Shown here: piece after piece, positions 1 through 9,165 of the stretch
Layout of the letters: each line of letters starts with the position of its first letter
How positions within the stretch are numbered: position 1 is the stretch's first letter
Assembly: GCA_035264195.1 (NCBI GenBank)
Contig: DATFQQ010000217.1
Location: 2,028-66,027, forward strand
DNA length: 64,000 nucleotides
Direction of reading: 5' to 3'
Origin: Candidatus Sulfotelmatobacter sp.
GTDB taxonomy: Bacteria; Acidobacteriota; Terriglobia; Terriglobales; Acidobacteriaceae
Position numbers and translations under genes: made by a program
The notes under the pieces: model-generated
The model's input: the letters and a program-made list of their open reading frames with translations, nothing else
Databases searched by the model: none
Told to the model about the DNA's origin: nothing

Positions 1-207
1 AACCAAGACCAGACCGGCAAAGAAAATCAGCGGAAGGATAAGGAAAGCGAGAATTCCAATGTACGGATTACTGGCATGACCGCGAATCTGAAGAGGCAGG
101 ACAAACAGCCAGGAGATCAGTGCCGTCGCGAGCAACCCGAGACCCAGGAGACTTAGCCAATGTTGCGTCAGGAGGAACCAGGACGGCCTGTTACTTGCGA
201 CACTCAT
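1..207 (-). CDS. membrane protein, N-terminal fragment (gene runs off the window start)
   Basis: Read by hand; not in the ORF track. Reverse-strand ATG at 205-207. The translation MSVASNRPSWFLLTQHWLSLLGLGLLATALISWLFVLPLQIRGHASNPYIGILAFLILPLIFFAGLVLV stays open to position 1 and contains two hydrophobic helices. Function unknown. Confidence 0.4.
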   Translation of the reverse strand, partial: MSVASNRPSWFLLTQHWLSLLGLGLLATALISWLFVLPLQIRGHASNPYIGILAFLILPLIFFAGLVLV

Positions 208-417
208 GCGTAACCGCTGCACTCACGCGCAGGGTTAGGCTAGGGTAGACGGGACAATCACAGAGATGGACTGGCAAAAGTACTAATTGTGGAGGTATTC
301 GTTCTTGCTCAGGTGCACCCCAATCGAGAGGACGCCGCATGTACCTTGGTCTCGACCGAGTGTTGGCGAGCCAGGCGATTGAGTAAACCTTTTCTCATTT
401 CACCGTCACGCGAGATA

Positions 418-1911
418 ATGGCTGGGATGCGATGTCTCTTTCGGGTTGCGGTGGCTGGAGGCTTGCTCTTTGCCGCCATTGCATTACCAGCTCAATCGAG
501 TCGGGATCAAGTCAACGCGGTCACAGCAGCTTTGCGATCAGGCAAGTTTGTTGACGCGTTGCAGCTGCTGCAGCCGCTGGTACGCCAATTTCCGTCAAAC
601 TCTCAATTATTGACCCTGCAAGGCTTGGCGTATTCGGGAGATGGCCACAAGCAAGAGGCGCTCGTGTCTTTTCAAAGTGCATTGAAGAGTTCCCCAGACT
701 ACTTGCCGGCCCTGGAAGGGGCTGCGCAGATCGAGTATGAAAAGAACGGTCCGGAAGCCGCCGCGCTTCTACGGCGGGTTTTAAAAATTGCTCCGGAAGA
801 TCCAACGGCGAATGCAATGCTTGCCTCTTTGGCTTACAAAAGCCACAACTGTGCTGAGGCTGTATCTCATTTTGAAAAGAGTGGAGCGGCACTGCAGTCA
901 GAACCGGCTGCACTTCGGCAGTATGGAACGTGCCTGGCAAGACTGAAACGCTACGATCCGGCGATAGGAGTCTTTCAGAAGTTAATTGAACTGCAGGGCA
1001 ACGACCGGGAAGACCGACTCCGATTAGCCTCGTTGCAGATGTCTATCGGTAAACCTGGAGATGCGATTGAGATTCTTGAGCCCGCGCTGCAGGATCATCC
1101 CGATGCGGCCGTGCTGTCGTTGGCTGCGGCGGCGTATGAGGAGCAGAAAGACACTCCGCAAGCAGTGAAGTTACTGCATCAGGCTATTGTGGAGAACCCG
1201 CGGGATACCGGTCTCTATGTGCAGTTTGCGGATCTCTCGTTTGTGCATCAGTCGTTTCAGGTTGGTGTGGATATGATGAGCGCTGGCTTGAAACTGCAAC
1301 CCAATGCGGCTCCGCTGTACTTGGCGCGTGGGGTTCTGTACGTGCAATTGGCTGACTACGATCACGCCGAAGCTGATTTCGAGAAGGCTGAGGAATTGGA
1401 TCCGCAGCTTTCGGTAAGCGGTGCGGCCCGGGGAATGGTCGCCCAACAGAAGGACGATTTGGACAAGGCATTGGCTGTCGTTCGGGCCAAGCTGAGCAAG
1501 AAACCCGACGATGCGCTGCTGCTCTATGTACAGGCCGACATTCTTGTGCAGAAGAATCCTGATGTAGACAGTCCCGAGTTTAATCAGGCCATTGCTTCCG
1601 CTCAACGAGCCGTTAAGCTGCAGCCTGGACTGGTGGCAGCGCGCGACACCCTGGCGAAGTTATATCTGCAGGCCGACAAAGATCAGCTTGCAGTGGAACA
1701 GTCTCGGGAGTCGCTCCGGTACGACCCAAATGATCAAGTTGGGCTGTATCACTTGATTGTGGGATTGAGAAAGACCGGACAAAAAGAGGAGTTGCCCGCT
1801 CTATTGAAAAGACTCGCGGAATTGCGCCAGAAAGCTACTCGCGAGGAAGGCGAGCACAATCGTTACAAATTGATTGAGCAGACGGATGCGAGCGTGCCTG
1901 GCAAAGACTGA
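418..1911 (+). CDS. secreted tetratricopeptide-repeat (TPR) protein, paralog A
   Basis: ORF 289..1911. The internal ATG at 418 gives the Sec-type signal MAGMRCLFRVAVAGGLLFAAIALPAQS. The rest is helical TPR-like repeats. It is collinear over its full length with the ORF at 7534..8991. Confidence 0.85.
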   Translation: MAGMRCLFRVAVAGGLLFAAIALPAQSSRDQVNAVTAALRSGKFVDALQLLQPLVRQFPSNSQLLTLQGLAYSGDGHKQEALVSFQSALKSSPDYLPALEGAAQIEYEKNGPEAAALLRRVLKIAPEDPTANAMLASLAYKSHNCAEAVSHFEKSGAALQSEPAALRQYGTCLARLKRYDPAIGVFQKLIELQGNDREDRLRLASLQMSIGKPGDAIEILEPALQDHPDAAVLSLAAAAYEEQKDTPQAVKLLHQAIVENPRDTGLYVQFADLSFVHQSFQVGVDMMSAGLKLQPNAAPLYLARGVLYVQLADYDHAEADFEKAEELDPQLSVSGAARGMVAQQKDDLDKALAVVRAKLSKKPDDALLLYVQADILVQKNPDVDSPEFNQAIASAQRAVKLQPGLVAARDTLAKLYLQADKDQLAVEQSRESLRYDPNDQVGLYHLIVGLRKTGQKEELPALLKRLAELRQKATREEGEHNRYKLIEQTDASVPGKD

Positions 1912-1966
1912 ACTGTAATGTCGACGCAAAGTACAGAATCTACTTTCATTCAACACATTATTTCTT

Positions 1967-3742
1967 ATGAACAATACTTCACGCCGTTCCTTCATAAAGG
2001 GCACATTGGGTATGTTCGTGGCAGGTCATGGCATGGTCTCTTTAGCGCAGCAGGAAGGCATTGCATCGCGCGGAGTAAAAGCCCAGGCTCGTCCAGCAAG
2101 TTCGGGGCGGCCATTTAACGCGCATTTCGTGGACGTCGCCAAGGCAGCCGGATTGAATCAACCCACAATTTATGGAGGCGTGGAATCCAAGAAGTACATT
2201 TTGGAAGCGAACGGCTGCGGTTGCGCCTTTATCGACTACGACAATGACGGGTGGATCGACATCTTCCTGCTTTGTGGAACGCGACTTGAGGGCGCTCCGC
2301 CAGAAGCTACCAATCGCCTTTACAAAAACAACCGCGACGGGACGTTTACAGATGTGACAGAACGCGCAGGCCTGCACGCTACTGGCTGGGCGAACGGCGT
2401 ATGCATTGGCGATTACAACAACGATGGGTTCGAGGACATCTTCGTCACGTATTTCGGCCGGAATCGCCTCTACCGGAACAACGGCGACGGTACGTTCACG
2501 GATGTTACCAAGGCTGCTGGGCTGCTGAATTCGGAGACTCGCTGGGGAGCCGGGTGCAGCTTTGTCGACTACAACCGGGATGGGCATCTCGATCTTTTTG
2601 TCTCCAACTACATTCGATTCGACCTGGAAAAGGCGCCGGTGCCCGGCGAGGCTTCGACCTGCAACTGGAAGGGAGTCCCGGTCAACTGTGGTCCTCGCGG
2701 CTTACCCACGGGCCGGCACTTTCTATATCGAAACAATGGCGACGGGACATTCACCGATGTCAGCAAGGAAGCCGGCATTGCCGGCGCCACAGAAAGTTAC
2801 GGAATGACCGTGGTCGCAGCGGACTTTGACGAAGATGGATGGACCGATATCCTGGTGGCATGCGACTCGACGCCCAGTCTGCTTTTCATGAATAACCACG
2901 ATGGCACTTTCCGCGAAGAGGGCGTGGTGCGTGGTGTGGCATTGAGCGACGATGGCATGGAGCAAGCGGGAATGGGCGTGGGCATCGGAGACTACGATCT
3001 TGACGGTCATCTTGATCTGTTCAAGACGCACTTCATGGGCGACACATGCGGCATCTACCGCAATGACGGCAAGGGCAACTTCGATGATCGAACCAGAGCT
3101 GCCAAGATCGGCGTAGAGACTCGGTTTGTGAGTTGGGGCACCGGCGTGGCTGACTTCGATAACGATGGCTATCCGGATATTTTCATCGTAACCGGAAGTG
3201 TGTATCCGGAGGTTGAGCGCAAGTTGCCCGACTATCCGTATAAGACACCACGCATTTTGTTCCGAAATCTCGGAAACGGGACTTTTGAAGAGCTCGGGGT
3301 GGAGGTGGGGCCGGGAATCACGGAACCGCACTCCGGACGAGGGTGCGCTTTCGGAGACTTCGACAACGATGGCGACGTGGACATATTAGTCGTGAACATG
3401 AACGAACCGCCTTTGTTGTTGCGAAACGATCTCACTGGTAAGCAGGACTGGATCAAGATCAGACTGGAAGGTGTGAAATCAAACCGAAGCGCGATCGGCG
3501 CGCGCGTGCTGGTCCACTACGGCAACAAGGTGCAGGCACAAGCCAGGGTGAGCCAATCTAGTTACTACTCCTCAAATGATCCCCGCCTGCACTTTGGACT
3601 CGGAGACTGCAAGGTCGTGGATGTTGACGTTTACTGGCCCAATGGTCTGCATGAACGTTATAAAGGAATTTCTGCAAATCAAGTCCTTACTTTGCGCGAG
3701 GGAGCCAGTGCGCCAACCGGCAAAGGCATAACTCGCGACTGA
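1967..3742 (+). CDS. CRTAC1-family (FG-GAP/VCBS beta-propeller + ASPIC/UnbV C-terminal domain) protein, Tat-exported
   Basis: Twin-arginine signal MNNTSRRSFIKGTL. Seven DxDxDG-type Ca-binding loops (DYDNDGWIDIF, DYNNDGFEDIF, DYNRDGHLDLF, DFDEDGWTDIL, DYDLDGHLDLF, DFDNDGYPDIF, DFDNDGDVDIL). Six [10 protein letters not shown]-like strands. UnbV/ASPIC-like tail (RSAIGARVLV...NDPRLHFGLG). Confidence 0.9.
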   Translation: MNNTSRRSFIKGTLGMFVAGHGMVSLAQQEGIASRGVKAQARPASSGRPFNAHFVDVAKAAGLNQPTIYGGVESKKYILEANGCGCAFIDYDNDGWIDIFLLCGTRLEGAPPEATNRLYKNNRDGTFTDVTERAGLHATGWANGVCIGDYNNDGFEDIFVTYFGRNRLYRNNGDGTFTDVTKAAGLLNSETRWGAGCSFVDYNRDGHLDLFVSNYIRFDLEKAPVPGEASTCNWKGVPVNCGPRGLPTGRHFLYRNNGDGTFTDVSKEAGIAGATESYGMTVVAADFDEDGWTDILVACDSTPSLLFMNNHDGTFREEGVVRGVALSDDGMEQAGMGVGIGDYDLDGHLDLFKTHFMGDTCGIYRNDGKGNFDDRTRAAKIGVETRFVSWGTGVADFDNDGYPDIFIVTGSVYPEVERKLPDYPYKTPRILFRNLGNGTFEELGVEVGPGITEPHSGRGCAFGDFDNDGDVDILVVNMNEPPLLLRNDLTGKQDWIKIRLEGVKSNRSAIGARVLVHYGNKVQAQARVSQSSYYSSNDPRLHFGLGDCKVVDVDVYWPNGLHERYKGISANQVLTLREGASAPTGKGITRD

Positions 3743-3835
3743 GACTGCGGCCTGTCTTAACGATCAGTAAAGGCAGGGTGTTGTGTTCCGGTGCGTCGCC
3801 CTCCCCCGGTTAAGGGCCCATCCGAGAAAAAGCTC

Positions 3836-3863
3836 TTGACATCGAGCGGGCATACTATATACA
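3836..3863 (+). promoter_or_regulatory. sigma70-like promoter TTGACA-N16-TATACA upstream of TBDR gene
   Basis: TTGACA at 3836-3841 and TATACA at 3858-3863. The same hexamers and spacing occur at 37373-37400 upstream of the second TBDR. Confidence 0.5.
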
Positions 3864-3876
3864 TATTATCCGTTCC

Positions 3877-3890
3877 AGTAAACGTTTTCT
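3877..3890. promoter_or_regulatory. LacI-type palindromic operator AGTAAACGTTTTCT
   Basis: Inverted repeat centred on CG at 3883-3884, about 20 nt downstream of the -10 element and 65 nt upstream of the TBDR start. One of nine related sites in the window. Confidence 0.6.
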
Positions 3891-3954
3891 CGCTGGAGCG
3901 AGTCCCTGACGTCCGGCCTTTTTAATTAAGACGCGCAATATTTGGGAGGCACCC

Positions 3955-6900
3955 ATGCCAGGATGCATGTTGTCCCGCCGATCTGTTGGAGTACTTTCCG
4001 CGATTCTGTTGTTCGCAGCTACTGCCTTTGCACAATTCACCGCCAGCATTCAAGGCGTTATTCAAGATCAGAGTGGTGCCGGAGTCGGCAAAGCTACCGT
4101 GCAATTGTCGAACGTTGCGACGGGTGTGACGACCCTGACTACCTCAGACACGGATGGGAACTATCGCTTCGTCAGCCTCGCACCCGGCAAGTACAAAGTC
4201 ACTGCCGAGGCAGCCGGGTTTGCCAAGTCCGAGGCAGATGTCACCCTGCTCACCGAACAGAACCTGAACCTGCCGATAGCTCTAAAGGTCGGCTCGGTGA
4301 GTGAGTCGGTGGTGGTGAGCACTGAAGCTCCAGTGGTTGACACCGCGGATAGCCGTACCCACCTGACCATCGAGAATCAGGCAGTCGCGCAGTTGCCGAT
4401 CATTGGCCGGAACCTGGTCACGCTGGTTACGATGGCGCCGGGGGTTTCAGGTCTCGGAACCAGCACCTCGGGCAGCCCTGCTTCAGGCGTCGACAACTAC
4501 TCGACCGAAGAGCAGGTGGACGCGAGTGCAAACGGTCAAGGCCAGAACAACAATCAGTACGTCGTAGATGGCCTTGATGTGACGAGCGGAATCCGGCAGG
4601 GTGTTCTGAATCTGACTCCGCAACCGGAATCGATTCAGGAAACCAGCATTCAGGTGAATACATTCTCTACGGAGCACAGTCGCGCTGCGGGCCTGCAGAC
4701 TATATTCACAACGAGATCGGGGACGGATTCGTTTCACGGCTCTGCGTCGGATTGGTTCAATTACCAGGGGATGTACGCGAACCAGCACTTCGTCAGTTCG
4801 GCAGAAAGCAAGTACAAACCTTTCCACTCGAATAATATGGATTTCGCGATCGGCGGACCGATTATTCCGCACCACAACAGCTTTTTCTATTTTGCCGTGG
4901 AGCCGCTACGGTCATCGGCGAGCGCGGGCGGGCTAGTTACGTTTGCCGCTCCGGAATTTATCTCGTGGGCGCAAGCTCATCATGCGGGCACGGTGGGAAC
5001 ACACGTGCTCAGCACGTATCTTCCTACTGGCGTCGGGAATGTCAGTGCCGAAACGGCTGATGCTTACTTCGGGCAAGATGCGAGTGGCAACCCGATTTGC
5101 GGCACCGCTGCAGTGGACAACATTCCCTGCAACCTGCCGATGCAGGACACGGGTTCATTTGGCGCCACTCAAATCCGTAACGGCACACAATATTTTGCCC
5201 GAATCGATCAAGGTTTCAAGAGGGATCGAGTCTATGTCAGTTTGTTCCGGACGCTCTTGCAGACGGGTGCCGCATCTCCTATGCCACAGTTCTCAGCCTT
5301 GAACAATACGTGGCAAGTGGCGGGGCAGGCGTCGTGGACGCACACTTTCTCAGCGAATACGTTGAACGAGTTCACGGCCGGACAAAGCAGGGTCGAGGGC
5401 GTATTGGGCAGTGGCGCTAAAGATTACACAATACCATCGATCTCGGTGAATGGAATCAACGCTGACGGAGGCCAAGCCTACGGCGTAGGATTCGCCCAAG
5501 GTGACTTCATCCAGCATAACTATCACTGGCGTGATGTGCTCACCCACGTTAAAGGTACGCACACCTTAAAGTTCGGGTATGAAGGCTGGTATGGCGATGA
5601 CGTTGAGCCGTTCCAGGGCCCGTGGTCACAGCCAAAGTTTGCCTTCGACAACTTGCTCAAGCTAGCTCAGGATGCCCCTACCAACGAGAACGGGATTATG
5701 TACAACCCGGCCACCGGCCAACAGCAATTGTGGAATTGGGACGCGGCGGCGAGGACCTTCGGGCTCTTTGTGGAAGACACATGGAAAGCAAGGAGGAATC
5801 TGACGGTAACGTTGGGTTTGCGCTATGACGACAGCGGCAATCCCTGGTCAAAGAGCGATTCAACCGTGTTCGGAAACTTCTATCTGGGAACGGGCACCAC
5901 GACGGAGCAGCAAATCGCGAATGGATATGCCAAAGGCACGCACAATGCTCTGCTCCATTCTGTGAACAACCTGTTTAGTCCGCGTATTGGGGTTGCATGG
6001 GATCCTACAGGCAACGGAGACTGGGTAGTCCGCGGAGGTTTTGGTATCTACAACAATTGGCTGACTTCGGCCAATGTGCAGGAGGAATTCCGTGGAAGTC
6101 CGCCGGGCCTGGTGCTGCCTACATTTTTCGCGGGCGGTACGGCAACAGCAGATGCCCCGATCTTTGTCCTCGGCAACAGCGGCAAACCGCCTTTTGGTTT
6201 TACCTTCCCGACCTTCCAGGGTGGATTGAATGCTCAAGGAGGAGTCGTAGGAGCGAGTTTCGGAATCGGCGGCATCAATCCGTTGCTGAAATCGCCAACA
6301 GCCGATATCTGGTCGATTAGTGTCCAACGCAAGATCAGCCGGGTCTTTGCGGCGAGTGTTGGATACAGCGGATCACACTCGTACAACATTGTTGGCAACG
6401 GCAATTCGATCGGCAACGTGTCGTACGGCGTGGACATCAACGTGCTGCCCGGAGACTTGATCACACACCAGAGCAAGGTCCCAACTCGTCTGAATCCGAG
6501 TTTCGGGGGCATTCTCTATGCCGATAACAATCGGTACGGGAATTACAATGGGGTCTTCTTCGATATTAAGGGCCGATTCTCGCGTGGGTTCCTCGATTTC
6601 TCTTACACGCGCTCCAGTTCGAAGGATGATGGATTGGCATATCCTACGCCGACGAATCCGGCGCAGTACTATGCACCGTCGACTTTCGATGTACCGAACC
6701 GCTTTTCTTTGAGCTTCAATTATTCGCTTAGAGGATTGAACGACGGCAAAGGAGCAGTCGGATACCTCACCAGCGGGTGGGGGGCGAGTGGTACGACCAT
6801 CTTCCAATCCGGCTATCCGCTGATGGCGCGAAATCTTAATTCCTACAATCCGATTTGCGCTGACACGTCGGCGACCGCTGCCCCATGCCCATCCCAGGCA

Positions 6901-7305
6901 AATCCCGCGGTAGGTTACGCACCGGGGAGCGGTGACTACAACGCCGACGGTAACAACCTTGATTATCCCGACGCGGTCAGCTACCGTCAGTTGACGGACA
7001 ACAAGGCATGGTTGACAGGGGCGATTCCCGCAAGCGATTTTGCCGTGCCCACATTTGGGCAAGGTGGGAATGAGAAGCCATACCAGTTCCGTGCACCAAA
7101 CTTCTTTGAGACAAACGTCAACTTCTACAAAGACACGCGCATCACGGAGCGCGTAGCCTTCCAATTCCGGTTTGAGCTCTTCAACATCTTTAACCGGGCA
7201 AACTACGCGAACGTGGATGACAACTTGCCGGATTCATCGTTCGGATTGGCAACAGCCTCGCATGAGCCGCGATTCTGGCAGCTTGGAGGCAGGATTTCTT
7301 TCTGA
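3955..7305 (+). CDS. TonB-dependent outer-membrane receptor with N-terminal carboxypeptidase-regulatory-like domain
   Basis: GGGAGG RBS 8 nt upstream. Signal peptide ending AFAQ. CarboxypepD_reg-like beta-sandwich (IQGVIQDQSGAGVGKATVQLSNVATG...DGNYRFVSLAPGKYKVTAEAAGF). Long beta-rich body. C-terminal barrel signature ...QLGGRISF ending in Phe. Confidence 0.9.
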   Translation: MPGCMLSRRSVGVLSAILLFAATAFAQFTASIQGVIQDQSGAGVGKATVQLSNVATGVTTLTTSDTDGNYRFVSLAPGKYKVTAEAAGFAKSEADVTLLTEQNLNLPIALKVGSVSESVVVSTEAPVVDTADSRTHLTIENQAVAQLPIIGRNLVTLVTMAPGVSGLGTSTSGSPASGVDNYSTEEQVDASANGQGQNNNQYVVDGLDVTSGIRQGVLNLTPQPESIQETSIQVNTFSTEHSRAAGLQTIFTTRSGTDSFHGSASDWFNYQGMYANQHFVSSAESKYKPFHSNNMDFAIGGPIIPHHNSFFYFAVEPLRSSASAGGLVTFAAPEFISWAQAHHAGTVGTHVLSTYLPTGVGNVSAETADAYFGQDASGNPICGTAAVDNIPCNLPMQDTGSFGATQIRNGTQYFARIDQGFKRDRVYVSLFRTLLQTGAASPMPQFSALNNTWQVAGQASWTHTFSANTLNEFTAGQSRVEGVLGSGAKDYTIPSISVNGINADGGQAYGVGFAQGDFIQHNYHWRDVLTHVKGTHTLKFGYEGWYGDDVEPFQGPWSQPKFAFDNLLKLAQDAPTNENGIMYNPATGQQQLWNWDAAARTFGLFVEDTWKARRNLTVTLGLRYDDSGNPWSKSDSTVFGNFYLGTGTTTEQQIANGYAKGTHNALLHSVNNLFSPRIGVAWDPTGNGDWVVRGGFGIYNNWLTSANVQEEFRGSPPGLVLPTFFAGGTATADAPIFVLGNSGKPPFGFTFPTFQGGLNAQGGVVGASFGIGGINPLLKSPTADIWSISVQRKISRVFAASVGYSGSHSYNIVGNGNSIGNVSYGVDINVLPGDLITHQSKVPTRLNPSFGGILYADNNRYGNYNGVFFDIKGRFSRGFLDFSYTRSSSKDDGLAYPTPTNPAQYYAPSTFDVPNRFSLSFNYSLRGLNDGKGAVGYLTSGWGASGTTIFQSGYPLMARNLNSYNPICADTSATAAPCPSQANPAVGYAPGSGDYNADGNNLDYPDAVSYRQLTDNKAWLTGAIPASDFAVPTFGQGGNEKPYQFRAPNFFETNVNFYKDTRITERVAFQFRFELFNIFNRANYANVDDNLPDSSFGLATASHEPRFWQLGGRISF

Positions 7306-7331
7306 CACAGGGACAACATCAACCAACCAAC

Positions 7332-7367
7332 CCGGCCGCCTCGCCAGAAGCGGCCGGCCCTCTTTTG
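7332..7367 (+). terminator. intrinsic terminator-like hairpin
   Basis: CCGGCCGC (7332-7339) pairs with GCGGCCGG (7350-7357) and is followed by CCCTCTTTTGT. It lies 27 nt after the TBDR stop. Confidence 0.55.
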
Positions 7368-7533
7368 TACGCCGTTGTGAATGCCGCGTTTGATCTCGGT
7401 GACTGGGCCTACGAGTTGGATTGCTTCGATTAGTATGTACGTGGCGCGTTCGAATGTTGTGGAGCATTGGACGCCAACTACAATCTTGGGCCCATACCAT
7501 TCAAAGCGATTTCAATGGTTGCGAAGCTGGCGG

Positions 7534-8991
7534 ATGTTTCTCTGCATCGTCAGTCTGTTGCTTCCTTCTGCCTTCGGCCAGAGTCCGAAAGGCAGAGTCG
7601 ACGAGATTGCGACTGCGCTCCAATCCAAGAACTTTGATCGGGCTCTTGAACTTTTGCACACATCCCTACAGGAGATGCCATCGAACGGCGAACTCTGGGC
7701 GATGCAGGGAGCAGCGTATGCCGGGCAAGGAGATCCGAAACGAGCAGTCGCCTCTTTCCGACGAGCGCTAGAGCTCTCGCCAGACAACATTCCTGCTCTT
7801 CATGGTGCGATCCAAATCGAATACGACAACGGTGATGCGGCTGCGATCCCTCTATTGCAGCATTTGCTGAAGCTCCGGCCCGAAGAATCAATGAGTCATG
7901 CCATGCTGGCCGTCTTGGAATACCAACAGGGGAAATGCTCTTCTGCCATCGTTCATTTCGAGAAGGCTGGTTCGTTGTTCGATCAACAACTGCCCGCCCT
8001 TCATGCCTATGCGACCTGTTTGGTGAGACTTCGCCGGCTGGAAGCCGCAGCGGATGTTTTGCAGCGAGCCCTATCGCTTAACCCAGACGATCAGCGCGAG
8101 CGACAGCTTTTGGCTTGCCTGCAACTCATGATCAAGAAGCCTGAGGACGCACTTACGACTCTAACGCCGCTGCTTGCGGGCGATCATGTGGACTCTGGAA
8201 CGTTGGAACTTGCGTCCGGAGCATATGAGGATACTCACAATACGGAGAAGGCGGTGGATGCCCTGCGGCAGGCGATTTTGCTTGATCCGCAGAATGTGCA
8301 GTTGTATGTGGATTTTGCTGCGTTGTCAGCCGCGCACCAATCGTTTCAAGTTGGAATCAATGTGGTGAACGACGGGATCGGGCTACAGCCAAAAGCGGCT
8401 GCGCTATATTTTGCCCGCGGAATGTTGTATGTGCAGTTGTCCGATTATGAGAAGGCACAAGCCGACTTCGAACGCGCATACGAGCTGGATCCAACTCAAT
8501 CGTTGACCACCGCCGCCCAAGGCCTGTCAGCAGTCCAGCAAAATGATCTGGACGGCGCGCTCACAACCGTTCAGCAAAAGCTGGCGAGCCGGCCGAAGGA
8601 TCCGATATTGCTTTATCTGCAAGCCGATGTTCTTGTGCAGAAGGGAGCAGAGCCCGGCAGCCCAGAATTTCAAACCGCGATGCGTTCAGCCAAGACCGCA
8701 GTTGCGCTGCGCCCAACCCTCGGACCGGCTCGGGCGGTGCTCGCCAAACTTTACATTCAAGCAGGGGACTATCCTGAGGCCGCTGTCCAATGCCGAAAAG
8801 CATTAGAGATTGACCCTAAAGATCAAACCTCGCTTTATCATCTCATTCAGGCGCTGCGAAAGGGCGATAAGCAGAATGAGATTCCTGACCTGCTGAAACG
8901 CCTTGCTGTTCTTCGCCAGGAAGCCAGTAAAGAAGAAAGGGAACAATACCGCTACAAGCTGGTGGAAGGCGACACTCAGTCTCGGCAATGA
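7534..8991 (+). CDS. secreted TPR protein, paralog B of 418..1911
   Basis: ORF 7381..8991. ATG at 7534 gives the signal MFLCIVSLLLPSAFGQ. It aligns without gaps, by eye, to the 418..1911 product (for example QSFQVGINVVNDGIGLQPKAAALYFARGMLYVQLSDYEKAQADFERAYELDP versus QSFQVGVDMMSAGLKLQPNAAPLYLARGVLYVQLADYDHAEADFEKAEELDP). Confidence 0.85.
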   Translation: MFLCIVSLLLPSAFGQSPKGRVDEIATALQSKNFDRALELLHTSLQEMPSNGELWAMQGAAYAGQGDPKRAVASFRRALELSPDNIPALHGAIQIEYDNGDAAAIPLLQHLLKLRPEESMSHAMLAVLEYQQGKCSSAIVHFEKAGSLFDQQLPALHAYATCLVRLRRLEAAADVLQRALSLNPDDQRERQLLACLQLMIKKPEDALTTLTPLLAGDHVDSGTLELASGAYEDTHNTEKAVDALRQAILLDPQNVQLYVDFAALSAAHQSFQVGINVVNDGIGLQPKAAALYFARGMLYVQLSDYEKAQADFERAYELDPTQSLTTAAQGLSAVQQNDLDGALTTVQQKLASRPKDPILLYLQADVLVQKGAEPGSPEFQTAMRSAKTAVALRPTLGPARAVLAKLYIQAGDYPEAAVQCRKALEIDPKDQTSLYHLIQALRKGDKQNEIPDLLKRLAVLRQEASKEEREQYRYKLVEGDTQSRQ

Positions 8992-9088
8992 GTGTTGCCG
9001 ATTCCCTAACAGGCTGCGGAAAAAGTCCATCAGCCAGCCAACTACGACCACTGGGGCTAAAAGCCCGTAGTGAGTTCAAGTCAGTTAC

Positions 9089-9106
9089 GCGGCCCTGAAG
9101 GGCCGC
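9089..9106. terminator. GC-rich hairpin between convergent genes
   Basis: GCGGCCC-TGAA-GGGCCGC, a 7-bp stem. It is preceded by a smaller hairpin GGGCT-AAA-AGCCC at 9054-9066. There is no strong U-tract on either strand. Confidence 0.4.
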
Positions 9107-9165
9107 TCTTCCACGCTACTCCCAGCGTTCTCGACTTTTTTCGCAACCTGCCAAGGAGTCGCGAC

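Noticed and set aside
289-417. Upstream extensions of several track ORFs: GTG at 289, 7381-7533, 18142-17987, 25975-25826, 26934-26833, 31627-31695, 34132-34383, 37440-37490, 46509-46601, 53262-53288.
   Set aside because: The extensions overlap neighbouring genes or lack signal-peptide logic. Internal ATG starts give canonical Sec/Tat signals, Rossmann N-termini or good RBS spacing.
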